Both the position numbers and the translations under genes were made by a program. A stretch of 64,000 nt of DNA, taken from positions 25,893 to 89,892 of the forward strand of contig DATKUA010000137.1 of NCBI GenBank assembly GCA_035530855.1, in the 5' to 3' direction. Shown piece after piece: positions 1 to 9,056 of the stretch. The first letter of the stretch is position 1; each line of letters opens with the position of its first letter. The DNA comes from Acidobacteriota bacterium. Its GTDB lineage: Bacteria > Acidobacteriota > DATKUA01. Below the pieces are notes generated by a model. It was not told the origin of the DNA. It worked only from the letters and a program-made list of their open reading frames with translations, and did no database searches.

Positions 1-1695
1 GCCGACGAGCAGAGAACCATCGACGTCGTAGAGGGCTGTTATCCAGTGCGTCGGCAACCTCGAATTCTCCGGTGTTATCGAAGCGATTACGCTATGCCCT
101 TCAAGAATGCTCACGCCGCCCAGAGTCCCGGCGACCAGGCGATCGCCAGCCGGCAGCAGGGTGAACACCTTATTATTTACCAGGCCGTGGAAGGCGTAGA
201 TGCTGCGCACTTCCCGGCCGCGGATGAAGGACAGCCCACCGCCGGTGGCTGCGACGATCTCCTCGCCCCATCTTTGGACGTGATTCACTTCATTATTGAT
301 AAGACCCGTCTGGGTCGCCCAGTTAGTGCGGCCGCCGTCAGGGCCGATCCGTGTCAATCCCTTGCTGCTGCCGACATAGACCGCGCCTTCCGCATCGTCG
401 TAATAGAGATACTTGACGGTGCGCAGGACCTCCTCATCATATCTGCCGCCGGGAACGAGATCGGGTGAAAGAAGCTCGATGCCGGAGTCGAAATAGCCTA
501 CCCAGAGCCTGCCGGCTGCGTCGAAAACCATCGAGGCGATGAAGTTTGCGCTCAGCTCGCCCTGCGGGTGCTCGCCGAAAGGCAGCACGCCGTCCGGCTT
601 AATCTCAAGCACCCCTGTACTGGTTAACATCCAACTTCGGTTATCGACCTCCGCCAGGCGGTTAACGATGACCGGATTCTCACGGGTTCCGAGTACGGTC
701 GACCGCCTTCTGCGGCCGCCGCTATAGCTCTCCAAACGCCCGTCGAGAGTGCCGACAAAGGTCGCTCCCTCTGTCCGCAAGACCGCCGCGGCCATTGTCC
801 TACGAGACCATGGAGTAACGCCAAGCCGCTCATCAACGACGCAGACACCCGTGACAGTGGCGACCAGCAGGGTTTCGCCTGCATCCAGGCTGGCGACCCG
901 CCCGCGGGGCAGGCCCTCCTCCGGAGTAATTCGCACAAAGGCTGCTCCACGTTGAATGAACAGCCCTCGCTCGAAGCTGCCCACCGCAAGGTGCCCGCGC
1001 CACTCCGCCAGCGCGGTGATGCGGTCGAAATCAGCGCCCGGTAGCCGTCCAATATCACTCTTGAACTCGGTCCCGTCGAAGCTCAGGAGGCCGGCGCCGC
1101 CGGTCCCCACCAGCAGTCTCTCGCCCGCGGGTAGCAGAGCGGTTACTTTATCGCCGCCCTCGATATTCGGTGAATATGTCGTTACGGCTCCATCGTGCAG
1201 CCTCACCAGCCCCTTCTCGCTCCCTATCCAAAGCGATCCGCGCCAGGGAGCGAAACAGGCCAGGCGATTGCAGGGGAGGCCGTTGAGGTGGGTGTAATGC
1301 CCGGCGAGTTCCCCGTCGGGCCGATAAACCAGGAGCCCGCCGTCTGTGGCGACGTAAATCAATCCGTCATGAAGTGCTATGTCACGCGCATCTCGAGTGC
1401 TCACCAGAACCCTGGCACTCCGAATTTCGCCGGCAAGGTAGGAATTGTCTCTGGCATCAGAATCGGTTTCGCCAGGGGATGCCTGCCACCCGACCTCCCT
1501 GGTATGTCTCAGATCAAAGGTCGTGCTTCTGGAAGTGACTATCACCTCGCCTTCAACGTCGGATCCCTGATTTGAGGTGAGGAATCTCTCAACATCCTCG
1601 ATGGTAAGGAGTACGCCGACCAGCAGGAGGGTGCCGACGGCGGCAAGAAGAATCAGCAGGTCGATACTATCGATACGAACCGGCCGAAACTTCAT
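1..1695 (-). CDS. Periplasmic beta-propeller repeat protein (two-component-regulator-propeller / Y_Y_Y-like repeats) with an N-terminal signal-anchor. The start is at 1695; the 3' end is truncated by the window edge.
   Basis: There is a continuous reverse-strand reading frame from the ATG at 1695..1693 to position 1 (>560 codons), which the ORF track misses because no stop lies in the window. The N-terminus MKFRPVRIDSIDLLILLAAVGTLLLVGVLL is a TM/signal anchor. It is followed by repeated G-x-W/Y motifs (LVGTGGAGLLSFDG, LWIGSEKGLVRL, LYVGSSKGLTRIG) typical of Reg_prop repeats. Confidence 0.5.
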   Translation of the reverse strand, partial: MKFRPVRIDSIDLLILLAAVGTLLLVGVLLTIEDVERFLTSNQGSDVEGEVIVTSRSTTFDLRHTREVGWQASPGETDSDARDNSYLAGEIRSARVLVSTRDARDIALHDGLIYVATDGGLLVYRPDGELAGHYTHLNGLPCNRLACFAPWRGSLWIGSEKGLVRLHDGAVTTYSPNIEGGDKVTALLPAGERLLVGTGGAGLLSFDGTEFKSDIGRLPGADFDRITALAEWRGHLAVGSFERGLFIQRGAAFVRITPEEGLPRGRVASLDAGETLLVATVTGVCVVDERLGVTPWSRRTMAAAVLRTEGATFVGTLDGRLESYSGGRRRRSTVLGTRENPVIVNRLAEVDNRSWMLTSTGVLEIKPDGVLPFGEHPQGELSANFIASMVFDAAGRLWVGYFDSGIELLSPDLVPGGRYDEEVLRTVKYLYYDDAEGAVYVGSSKGLTRIGPDGGRTNWATQTGLINNEVNHVQRWGEEIVAATGGGLSFIRGREVRSIYAFHGLVNNKVFTLLPAGDRLVAGTLGGVSILEGHSVIASITPENSRLPTHWITALYDVDGSLLVG

Positions 1696-1897
1696 ATGAT
1701 TTCCTTTAATTAATTGCCTCATGTTTACACGAGCTTTTCGAACCGTCAACAGATTTGCCTTGGCCTTGCTGTGAAAAGTGCAATACACATGCCGTTTCAG
1801 CTCGGCGTGCAACACACTCGAAAGCTTGAGATTGGCTGGCAGGAATGTACCTGGAAGAATTTCGATGTGTCACAACAGCCACACCTTTTCTGCCGCC

Positions 1898-1926
1898 TTG
1901 ACACCAACCCGGAGCCGTTTTAAAAT
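1898..1926 (+). promoter_or_regulatory. Sigma-70-type promoter TTGACA-N17-TAAAAT upstream of the Lol-like operon
   Basis: TTGACA at 1898..1903, a 17-nt spacer, TAAAAT at 1921..1926, and a GAGGTG Shine-Dalgarno 7 nt before the ATG at 1959. Confidence 0.5.
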
Positions 1927-1958
1927 CCCCGCCCTGTCGGCGCAGAGGTGACTTTTAG

Positions 1959-2816
1959 ATGAACAGATTACGCATTCTCGCAGCAGCGATGGTCGCCTCC
2001 ACCGTTGTCTTCATCACCGGCTGCCCGCCAAAGGTGGTTCCAGATCGAGAGCAACCGAGAAAGATCTATCTCAGCGCCACTCCCGATGAGTTGCTTTCAC
2101 GGCTGGCCAAACGGAACCAGGCGATAACCGGACTCCAGGCGCGTGGCAAGATTGCATACCGCTTTACCTATTCACGCAGGAATTACAGGGACGCCGAAGT
2201 CCGCTTCCTTTTCGTCAAGCCCGACCACGTTTATGTGCGAGGCTCCGCCCACCTCGTCGGCACGGTTTTTGTGCTCAGGTCCAATGGGGTGCGCTTCTGG
2301 GCCGAGGTGCCCAGCGACAAGAAGGTGTACACCGGTGCGGTGCAATCCACACCCCGGCTGGAAGGAAAAGTGGAGATCTGGGACGGGCTCAATCCAGCGG
2401 TTCTAGCGGAAGCTCTGTTGCTTGATGATCTGAAGAATTACCGTACCATTTGCGCTACATTTCCAAACCGCTATATAATCGACCTGCTAGACGATTCTTC
2501 CGGCGGTATGCTTGCTTTGCGACGGAGAATCGAATTCGAAAGGGAGTCTCTGCACATAGTGCGACATCAGGTTTTCGGTGAGGAAGGAGAGGTAGTGACC
2601 GACGCTTACCTCTACCGATACAGGGATGTTGCCGGCGTTGAGATACCGACCTTGTACCGAATCGAGCGGCACTGGGAGGAACTCAGCCTGAGGCTTGATC
2701 TCGATGAAGTCAAACTGAACCCGGACAGTGACCAGGAACTGTTCCGATATCAGGTTCCAGCAGGGTTCCAGGTGGAAGACCTGGACGAGAGAAGAGAAAT
2801 TGCCGAACCTAGTTAA
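1959..2816 (+). CDS. Lipoprotein with a beta-rich LolA/LolB-like (DUF4292-like) fold; candidate LolB-type outer-membrane lipoprotein receptor
   Basis: Signal peptide plus lipobox (VVFITG-C). It is the first gene of an operon with an FtsX/MacB-type permease, an ABC ATPase and a LolA-like protein. It has no enzymatic motifs. The fold assignment is an inference. Confidence 0.45.
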   Translation: MNRLRILAAAMVASTVVFITGCPPKVVPDREQPRKIYLSATPDELLSRLAKRNQAITGLQARGKIAYRFTYSRRNYRDAEVRFLFVKPDHVYVRGSAHLVGTVFVLRSNGVRFWAEVPSDKKVYTGAVQSTPRLEGKVEIWDGLNPAVLAEALLLDDLKNYRTICATFPNRYIIDLLDDSSGGMLALRRRIEFERESLHIVRHQVFGEEGEVVTDAYLYRYRDVAGVEIPTLYRIERHWEELSLRLDLDEVKLNPDSDQELFRYQVPAGFQVEDLDERREIAEPS

Positions 2817-2823
2817 AGCCAAC

Positions 2824-3936
2824 ATGCTATCTCGCAAGACCAGGAGCTTCGTCTCGATTTTCGGGATAGCGTTAAGCGTAGCGCTGCTGATGGTTGCCGT
2901 CGGCCTGATCAACGGCAACATCAGAGATCTTGCGAACAGAATTGCCTACATCGGCGCCGATATCATGGTCAGCAAAGATAGCTTCGGCGCCTTCTATCCG
3001 AACGAGCTGGTCAATGACCGTTACGCCGAGAAGATCCGTGCGGTGGACGGCGTTGAGATCGCCACCCCGGTGCTGATCGAATCGACTTCGTATCTCAATC
3101 CCAAGGGGACGGAACGCATCCGCCAGTTCAACTATGTCTACGGTATTGATTTCGCGGAGTACAACAATGTCGGGGCCGGCTTCGACTTCATCTCCGGCGG
3201 GCCTTTCGAGGAAGGAGAGGCTGGCAAGCTCGAGTTGATCATTGACCGGCAGATGGCACAGGCCAACAAAATCAGGCTGAACGATACCGTGGAGATGCTG
3301 GGTTTCGACTGGAAGGTTGTCGGCATCACTAAGGAAGCCCTCGGCGCCCGCATCTTCGTTCAGCGCGACGAGCTTACCGAGATCGCCCGTCCCGGTCGCC
3401 AGGGTGTTGCCACACTCTTCTACGTGCGCGCGACAGATCCCAACGACGTGTCCGGGGTCGTCGCCAGGCTGAAGAGCGAGTTGGGCGACGGCTGGGCCGT
3501 CAGGAACATCAACGACCTGTTCAGCGTTTTTACCAGTAGCGCGCTCGGATTGAGAGAGTTTACCATCGCCATGATCGGCATCTGCGCCGTCATCTGCTTC
3601 GCAGTGATTCTTCTCTCGATGTACAACTCGATTATCGAGCGAACGCGCGAAATCGGCATCCTTAAAAGCCTCGGTGCGACGAGAAGATTCATTGTCCAGG
3701 AAATTCTCAAGGAAGCCTTGCTAATCACCGCTATCGGAATCGTCATAGGATACATATTGACTTACGGCGGGCTGTTGCTGATCAAGAATCTCTTTCCATT
3801 GCTTGAGATGGAGATGACGCCCGACTGGATGATAATCAGCGCAACCATCGCGTTTGTAGCGGCTTTGCTCGGAACGCTCTACCCTGCATCCCGAGCCAGC
3901 AGACTGGACCCGGTTGTCGCACTCTCCTACGAGTAA
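2824..3936 (+). CDS. ABC transporter permease, FtsX/MacB (LolC/E-like) family
   Basis: N-terminal TM segment (FVSIFGIALSVALLMVAVGLINGN), a large periplasmic domain, and a C-terminal FtsX 4-TM bundle. Its ATG lies 8 nt after the upstream stop. The track start at 2728 overlaps the previous gene and is rejected. Confidence 0.7.
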   Translation: MLSRKTRSFVSIFGIALSVALLMVAVGLINGNIRDLANRIAYIGADIMVSKDSFGAFYPNELVNDRYAEKIRAVDGVEIATPVLIESTSYLNPKGTERIRQFNYVYGIDFAEYNNVGAGFDFISGGPFEEGEAGKLELIIDRQMAQANKIRLNDTVEMLGFDWKVVGITKEALGARIFVQRDELTEIARPGRQGVATLFYVRATDPNDVSGVVARLKSELGDGWAVRNINDLFSVFTSSALGLREFTIAMIGICAVICFAVILLSMYNSIIERTREIGILKSLGATRRFIVQEILKEALLITAIGIVIGYILTYGGLLLIKNLFPLLEMEMTPDWMIISATIAFVAALLGTLYPASRASRLDPVVALSYE

Positions 3937-3939
3937 GCA

Positions 3940-4641
3940 ATGAGCAACATGGACAACGACAAGCTGATTATCGTCGATAACGTCACCAAGACCTATCGCA
4001 TGGGTGAGGTCAAAGTCCAAGCCCTGCGCGGCATCAGCCTAACTGTCAATCGCGGGGAATTCGTCGCGGTTCTCGGCCCCTCGGGTTGCGGTAAGTCTAC
4101 ACTGCTGCATATCATCGGCGGGCTCGCCACGCCAACGAGCGGCAGCGTGACTGTCGACTCTGTCGACATGGCCCACTCACGCGACGGCTGCCGCACGCGC
4201 TTCCGCCGCGAGAAGATCGGCTTCGTCTTCCAGCGCTTCAACCTGTTCAATATCCTCAGTGCGGGGGACAACATCCGCCTGCCTCTAAAAATCGCCGGCA
4301 CCCTGCGCGACGACAGCTCGGAAGACAAAGTGCGCGAGATGATGGATCTCGTCGGCCTCAGCCACAAGATGAACAGCAGGCCTCTGCAAATGTCGCAGGG
4401 CGAGCAGCAGCGCGTGGCGATCGCCCGCGCGCTCATCTGCCGGCCCTCGATCCTGCTGGCCGACGAGCCGACCGGCAACCTCGACAGCGAGAACAGCGAC
4501 CGGGTGCTCGGCCTGATGAAAAAGCTGAACGACACTCTGGGCCAGACGATAATGATGATCACACATAACCACGAGGCCGCCGCGGTCGCTGACCGGCGGA
4601 TCGTGATGCGCGACGGCGCGGTTATCGATCACAACGCCTGA
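3940..4641 (+). CDS. ABC transporter ATP-binding protein (LolD/MacB-type)
   Basis: Walker A GPSGCGKST, a signature-like MSQGEQQRVAIARAL, Walker B LLADEPTGNLD and an H-loop ITHN. The start is 4 nt after the permease stop. Confidence 0.85.
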   Translation: MSNMDNDKLIIVDNVTKTYRMGEVKVQALRGISLTVNRGEFVAVLGPSGCGKSTLLHIIGGLATPTSGSVTVDSVDMAHSRDGCRTRFRREKIGFVFQRFNLFNILSAGDNIRLPLKIAGTLRDDSSEDKVREMMDLVGLSHKMNSRPLQMSQGEQQRVAIARALICRPSILLADEPTGNLDSENSDRVLGLMKKLNDTLGQTIMMITHNHEAAAVADRRIVMRDGAVIDHNA

Positions 4642-4649
4642 GGTTTGCG

Positions 4650-5000
4650 ATGTTCCTGCTGAAGATCATCGCCAAGTTCATCGCCTGGGATTACCAGCGA
4701 GGGACCTGGCAGCACGAATTCCTCTGCCTGGCCTACATCGCCGCTTTAATATTCATCCCGACCAACTCCAACGGCTGGTTCACCGAAGGGGAGAGTGTCG
4801 ACCTCGGGGAAGGAGCGGCGATCTCGCTGCACCGTTACAACACCAGCCTTTACCTTACTTGGGAAGAAGACAAGCCGGCCCCCGGGTCTGCAGCGCTGCG
4901 CCAGTTCATCAGCGAACGCTTCGGTGAAGACACAGATCTGATCCGCGACGAACAGATGGGATCGCGCCACTACCGCATCATCCCGAGGGGTCTGCGATGA
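4650..5000 (+). CDS. Small hypothetical protein with one TM segment, embedded in the Lol-like operon
   Basis: 116-aa ORF with a GAGG SD. It sits tightly between the ATPase and the LolA-like gene, with a 4-nt overlap downstream. Confidence 0.4.
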   Translation: MFLLKIIAKFIAWDYQRGTWQHEFLCLAYIAALIFIPTNSNGWFTEGESVDLGEGAAISLHRYNTSLYLTWEEDKPAPGSAALRQFISERFGEDTDLIRDEQMGSRHYRIIPRGLR

Positions 5001-5695
5001 GAAGCGCACTGCGCTTCGCGCTGATCCCGGCGTTGTTCCTTGCAGCGTTGGCGTCCGCTTGGCCTGCCGCCGGGCAGGAGCAGCAGCCCACGGTCGATGA
5101 GATCCTGCAGCGGCTGTCGGAAGCCAGCTCGCAGCTCAACTCTCTGATTACCTCCTACAGGCAAATCGAGAAGGACGAGTTTGGTGACGAAACCGTGTTC
5201 AACGGTACCTTTTACTACCTGAAGCCGGCGCGCTACTGTTGGGTGCTCGAAGTCAGCGGCAATGTGGTCGAGGAGATGGTCAGCAATGGTGATTACGGCT
5301 GGCGCATCCGCCACAATGTCAAGGCCGTCGACAAGATAAAACTTGAAACCATCAAGAGACGAACCGGTGGTATAGCGCTCACCGGCGGTGCGGAGGAGTT
5401 GCGCCAGATTCACGATATCGAACTCGCCGGCATCGAAGAGTTGAGGTCCGGGCCCGCCTACCACCTGCGCTGCAAGCCAAAAGACGGCGACACACAGGCC
5501 GATTCACTCATCCACTGCATGGACCTGTGGATCGACGTCGACCAGCCGGCACCAATTGTCAAGATTCTCATTCAGCAGCGAGACGAGATCGAGATAACTC
5601 TGGAATTCTTCAACCTGCACCGCAACGCTGAAATCGATGAGAACCTATTTGTTTACCGCGTCCCCCGCGGTTACGAAGAGATTACTTACGAATAA
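4997..5695 (+). CDS. LolA-like outer-membrane lipoprotein carrier family protein (periplasmic)
   Basis: Cleavable signal peptide (ALIPALFLAALASAWPAAGQ), then a beta-rich domain of LolA size (~210 aa) with a Q-rich helix (LQRLSEASSQLNSL). It is operonic with LolCDE-like genes. Confidence 0.55.
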   Translation: MRSALRFALIPALFLAALASAWPAAGQEQQPTVDEILQRLSEASSQLNSLITSYRQIEKDEFGDETVFNGTFYYLKPARYCWVLEVSGNVVEEMVSNGDYGWRIRHNVKAVDKIKLETIKRRTGGIALTGGAEELRQIHDIELAGIEELRSGPAYHLRCKPKDGDTQADSLIHCMDLWIDVDQPAPIVKILIQQRDEIEITLEFFNLHRNAEIDENLFVYRVPRGYEEITYE

Positions 5696-5739
5696 AATAT
5701 GTTATTTGACATACATCACGCACAGTTCGCAAGGCCTGT

Positions 5740-5757
5740 ATATGTCATATGACATAT
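5740..5757. repeat. Perfect 18-bp AT-rich palindrome ATATGTCATATGACATAT between convergent genes
   Basis: Seen directly. It abuts the TAA stop of the dmpA-like gene and lies 45 nt after the LolA-like stop, in a ~60% GC genome. Confidence 0.4.
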
Positions 5758-6914
5758 TATTTGGTCTGTTCGCCAAGCTGCCTGAGGATTTCATCCGCGG
5801 GCAGCGCTTCAATGACGTGGCCGTCCCTGCCTCTGGTAGTAGTCGCCGTAAACAAGCTGTCGATTATCGCCTCCTCGGTCGCCTCAACAGTCGCCAGGAA
5901 CAGCGGTGACATGGCGTTGTTGTCCAGCACCGGCCGCTCAACGAGTAACTCGCCGCCGCTACGAATCCGACACCCTGCATTGGTTGAGAAGGCTATCACG
6001 TAATCGCCCGAGCCGTTGCTGCCATAGCCCCCCGTGCGGGCCATCCCAAGAAGCGCCCTGTCGGCGAGCCGCCGAAGGTTGCGGTGCGTCAACGGGGCGT
6101 CGGTGGCTACAACCATTATTATCGACCCACCAGGATCCTGCTCTACCTGCTCCTTGTATGGATATTTCCCCAGCAGCCTTCCGGCCTCTACGCCGTTAAT
6201 CGTCAGGACTCCCCCGAAGTTGGTCTGCACCAGCACGCCGACAGTCCAACCGCCGAGCGACTCCGGCAGTTTCCGCGATGCCGAGCCGATTCCGCCCTTG
6301 AAGCCGAAACAGATTGTGCCGGTCCCGGCGCCGACGCAGCCGGTTTCAAACCGCCCTTCGGCAGCAGCCTCGATGGCGGCCCTAACACTCTCCGGGCCGA
6401 ACGGCCTCCGGCGAATGTCATTGAGACTGCCGTCATTGGTCTCGGCGACCAGAGGGTTGATCGAGCGAACGCTCTCCATGCCGGGCAGCGAGAGCATATA
6501 CTCAATTAGCCCGTCAGCGACCTGCGGTACGCTGAGAGTGTTGGTCAGCAGGATGGGAGTTTCGATCTGCCCCAATTCGTTCACCTGCGTCGAACCGGCA
6601 AGCTTGCCGAAACCGTTACCCACCGCTGCGGCTCCCGGAACCTTGTCGAGAAAGATGTTACCGCCGTGCGGGAGGATGGCTGTAATGCCGGTGCGCAGCG
6701 ATTCGCCTTCGATGAGAGTGAGGTGACCGACCTTGACCCCCTCGACGTCGGTGATCAGATTGAGGGGTCCTGTCGGCAGGACACCAAATCTCAAGCCCAA
6801 CTCCCGAGCTCGGGGACGGGATTGCTCCCGCCGCCCATCCTCTTCACCGCTCTGGTGTGATTGCGCAAGCCCCAAAGCCATCAAAACGAGAGCGGAAACA
6901 ACAACTATCTTCAT
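5757..6914 (-). CDS. DmpA/ArgJ-fold L-aminopeptidase (peptidase S58 family), secreted
   Basis: Signal peptide, plus DmpA-family blocks (GVKVGHLTLIEGESLRTGITAIL and FGFKGGIGSASR, the autoproteolytic Gly-Ser region). The real start is the ATG at 6914, after a GGGGGTGA SD; the GTG at 6923 lies inside that SD. Confidence 0.75.
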   Translation of the reverse strand: MKIVVVSALVLMALGLAQSHQSGEEDGRREQSRPRARELGLRFGVLPTGPLNLITDVEGVKVGHLTLIEGESLRTGITAILPHGGNIFLDKVPGAAAVGNGFGKLAGSTQVNELGQIETPILLTNTLSVPQVADGLIEYMLSLPGMESVRSINPLVAETNDGSLNDIRRRPFGPESVRAAIEAAAEGRFETGCVGAGTGTICFGFKGGIGSASRKLPESLGGWTVGVLVQTNFGGVLTINGVEAGRLLGKYPYKEQVEQDPGGSIIMVVATDAPLTHRNLRRLADRALLGMARTGGYGSNGSGDYVIAFSTNAGCRIRSGGELLVERPVLDNNAMSPLFLATVEATEEAIIDSLFTATTTRGRDGHVIEALPADEILRQLGEQTK

Positions 6915-7042
6915 CTCATTCACCCCCTACGAAGTATCAGAACCTTTCAGAGAATTATCCCAGGTAAGTAAAAATACGCCGCACGGCCCTGGAGGTTGGT
7001 GGCCCGGCGCAACAGTAATCTAACACACCGGAGACCGTCGGT

Positions 7043-8914
7043 TTACTTTTCCTCTTCCTTTGGCAGGTCGGCTGCGCACCGGAAGCCGACGTAGGGGCTC
7101 CTTGCCTCAGGGGAGAGCCCGCCCCGCGCTGCTACCTGGATATCGATCTCGCCGCTAAACCAGTGTCCGCCGCGATAGGATCGGCCCGATCCGGTTGCGG
7201 GCCCTTTGAAATCCTTGCGCGTGCCGGCTGCCTGGTAAAGGTTGGACACGTACCAATCGGCGCACCACTCAGCCGCGTTGCCAACCACATGCAGCAGGCC
7301 GTAGGCATTAGGCTCGGCGTCATCGACATCGAGCGGCCCACCCTTCTGTCCGGTGTTGTAGCACGCTTGCTTGTCGTTCGGCTTGCGGTTCCCCCACGGA
7401 TACATCCTGTCCGTCAGCCCGCCCCGCGCCGCGCACTCCCACTCGGCCTCGGTCGGCAACCGCTTGCCCACCCAGGCGCAATAGGCGATTGCATCTTCCC
7501 ATGAAACGTTCAGGACGGGGCGATTCTCCATGCCTTCCGGGTAGGACTTCGTTTTGAGATTCCAATCGAACTCCGGTTTCGCCAGACCCTCTCCTTCAGC
7601 TCTCGGTATCCGCCATCCGGTAGCCTCGACAAAGACGCGGTAGTCGGCGTTGCTTACCTCCATCCGGTCTACGGCAAAGGAGCTGACTTCCACCTCGAAC
7701 GCGTGACCCCGCTCGCCCGCGGAATTCTTGAATCTGCCGTAGAGGAACTTGCCGCCGGGAATGACAGCCATTTGCTCGGGCTCGATATTTCCCGGAATCT
7801 GATTAGGACGGCGCTTGATGTTCAGGGCTTTTTCAATCTCCAACATCAGTTGCAGAGATTCGGTCAACGCCTGCTGTGTAATCGAATCCGGAGGCTTTGC
7901 CAGTTCGGAGCATGCTTCGGTCAGATAAGCGATGCGGTAGCGCAGAAGGCTTGTTTGGGCCTGCTTTTGCAAGCCCTGCAAGTATTCCGTTTTGCCGAGG
8001 AAAAACAACGCATCCCTATACTCACGGCCTCCCTCCTTCCCCAACCTGTTGGCCTTGCGAAAGGATGCGGCAGCCCGCGGATATTTCTTCTGCGCCAGAA
8101 AAATCCCACCCTGATAATAGTGGATATCGGGATTCTTCGGGTCGCGACTCGAGGCCCGGCGAAGCTGTTTCAAGGCGTCGTCGTACTTGCCCTCGTAATA
8201 CAGACTTTTACCCAACGCGATTCGGGGTGATGCGCGCTCGGGATCGAGGTTGACCGCTTTGGAGAAGAAATAGCTGGCCTTGTTGTAATTACCTGCAGAA
8301 TAGTGCAGCTCACCCATCTCGAGGTTTAACTCGACGTTTTCGGGCCGTAGCAGGTAAGCACGCTGCATCGTCGAGATCGCCCGCGTGATATTTTCCTTCC
8401 TCTGCGCGTAAACCCTCCCCAAAGTCAGCAGGGCTTCGAAGCCGTCCGGATTTATCTCGAGAGCTGTGGTGAGGAATTTTTCTGCATCGTCGAGCTTCAT
8501 CCGGCGCGCAGCCACTCTTCCCCGGCCGACGTTTGCTGCATAGGAATTGGGAGCAGTCCCGAGCGCCAGATCGTATTGCTCTCCCGCTTCATCGAACTTC
8601 CCCCGGATCAGGAAGAGATCCGCAAGCCATAACCTTCCCGTCAGCGACCGTGAATCCAGCTCAAGACCCTTTGCCAAGGCCTCCTCTGCAGCCCGATAGC
8701 GTCCATCGAACATGTATGAACGCCCGAGGAGAAACCATGTCCATGACGCTGAAGGGAAGAGCGCATTCAATCCCTTTGCGGCCAGCAGAACCGTGCTCCC
8801 TTCTGCGCGCTGCTTCGATTCCTTAGCCTCTTCCTCTTGTGGAAAAGCGAAGTCCGCCGACAAGCATAAAGTCGCGGCTGCCAATGCCAGATAAGTTGTC
8901 AACTTCCGCAGCAA
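7043..8914 (-). CDS. TPR-repeat protein fused to a C-terminal formylglycine-generating-enzyme (FGE-sulfatase/SUMF1) domain
   Basis: Multiple TPR repeats in the N-terminal half. The C-terminal ~250 aa carries FGE hallmarks (RGGSWF-like RGGHWFSG; VGFRCA at the end). No ATG is available; the probable start is the TTG at 8914, 6 nt after an AAGGAG SD, and it is followed by a signal peptide. Confidence 0.75.
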   Translation of the reverse strand: MLRKLTTYLALAAATLCLSADFAFPQEEEAKESKQRAEGSTVLLAAKGLNALFPSASWTWFLLGRSYMFDGRYRAAEEALAKGLELDSRSLTGRLWLADLFLIRGKFDEAGEQYDLALGTAPNSYAANVGRGRVAARRMKLDDAEKFLTTALEINPDGFEALLTLGRVYAQRKENITRAISTMQRAYLLRPENVELNLEMGELHYSAGNYNKASYFFSKAVNLDPERASPRIALGKSLYYEGKYDDALKQLRRASSRDPKNPDIHYYQGGIFLAQKKYPRAAASFRKANRLGKEGGREYRDALFFLGKTEYLQGLQKQAQTSLLRYRIAYLTEACSELAKPPDSITQQALTESLQLMLEIEKALNIKRRPNQIPGNIEPEQMAVIPGGKFLYGRFKNSAGERGHAFEVEVSSFAVDRMEVSNADYRVFVEATGWRIPRAEGEGLAKPEFDWNLKTKSYPEGMENRPVLNVSWEDAIAYCAWVGKRLPTEAEWECAARGGLTDRMYPWGNRKPNDKQACYNTGQKGGPLDVDDAEPNAYGLLHVVGNAAEWCADWYVSNLYQAAGTRKDFKGPATGSGRSYRGGHWFSGEIDIQVAARGGLSPEARSPYVGFRCAADLPKEEEK

Positions 8915-9027
8915 CTTTCTCTCCTTAGTGTCCGGCAAATAAAAGACAGCACCTCAGGCGCTTCGTTCCGGGTCGAGAGATGTTATCAAAGGTGCAGAAA
9001 CAAAGGTAGTTAAATCCCCTTTACGCA

Positions 9028-9056
9028 TTGCGCAGCAGCATTGTGCTAAGTATAAT
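9028..9056 (+). promoter_or_regulatory. Candidate sigma-70 promoter TTGCGC-N17-TATAAT for hppA
   Basis: TATAAT at 9051..9056 with TTGCGC 17 nt upstream. It sits in a 236-bp divergent intergenic region. Confidence 0.4.

Noticed and set aside
1714-1923. 69-aa plus ORF in the divergent promoter region; likewise 35119..35700 ORFs in the cytochrome/OPT intergenic leader
   Set aside because: They have no SD, overlap the predicted promoter elements, and have an unusual composition. They are more likely non-coding regulatory DNA.
6034-6726. Several overlapping plus-strand ORFs (230, 141 and 97 aa) inside the dmpA region, and 13403..14056 / 14746..15363 inside waaA-lpxK
   Set aside because: They are all antisense to strongly motif-supported genes and are low-complexity Pro/Arg/Ala-rich translations.
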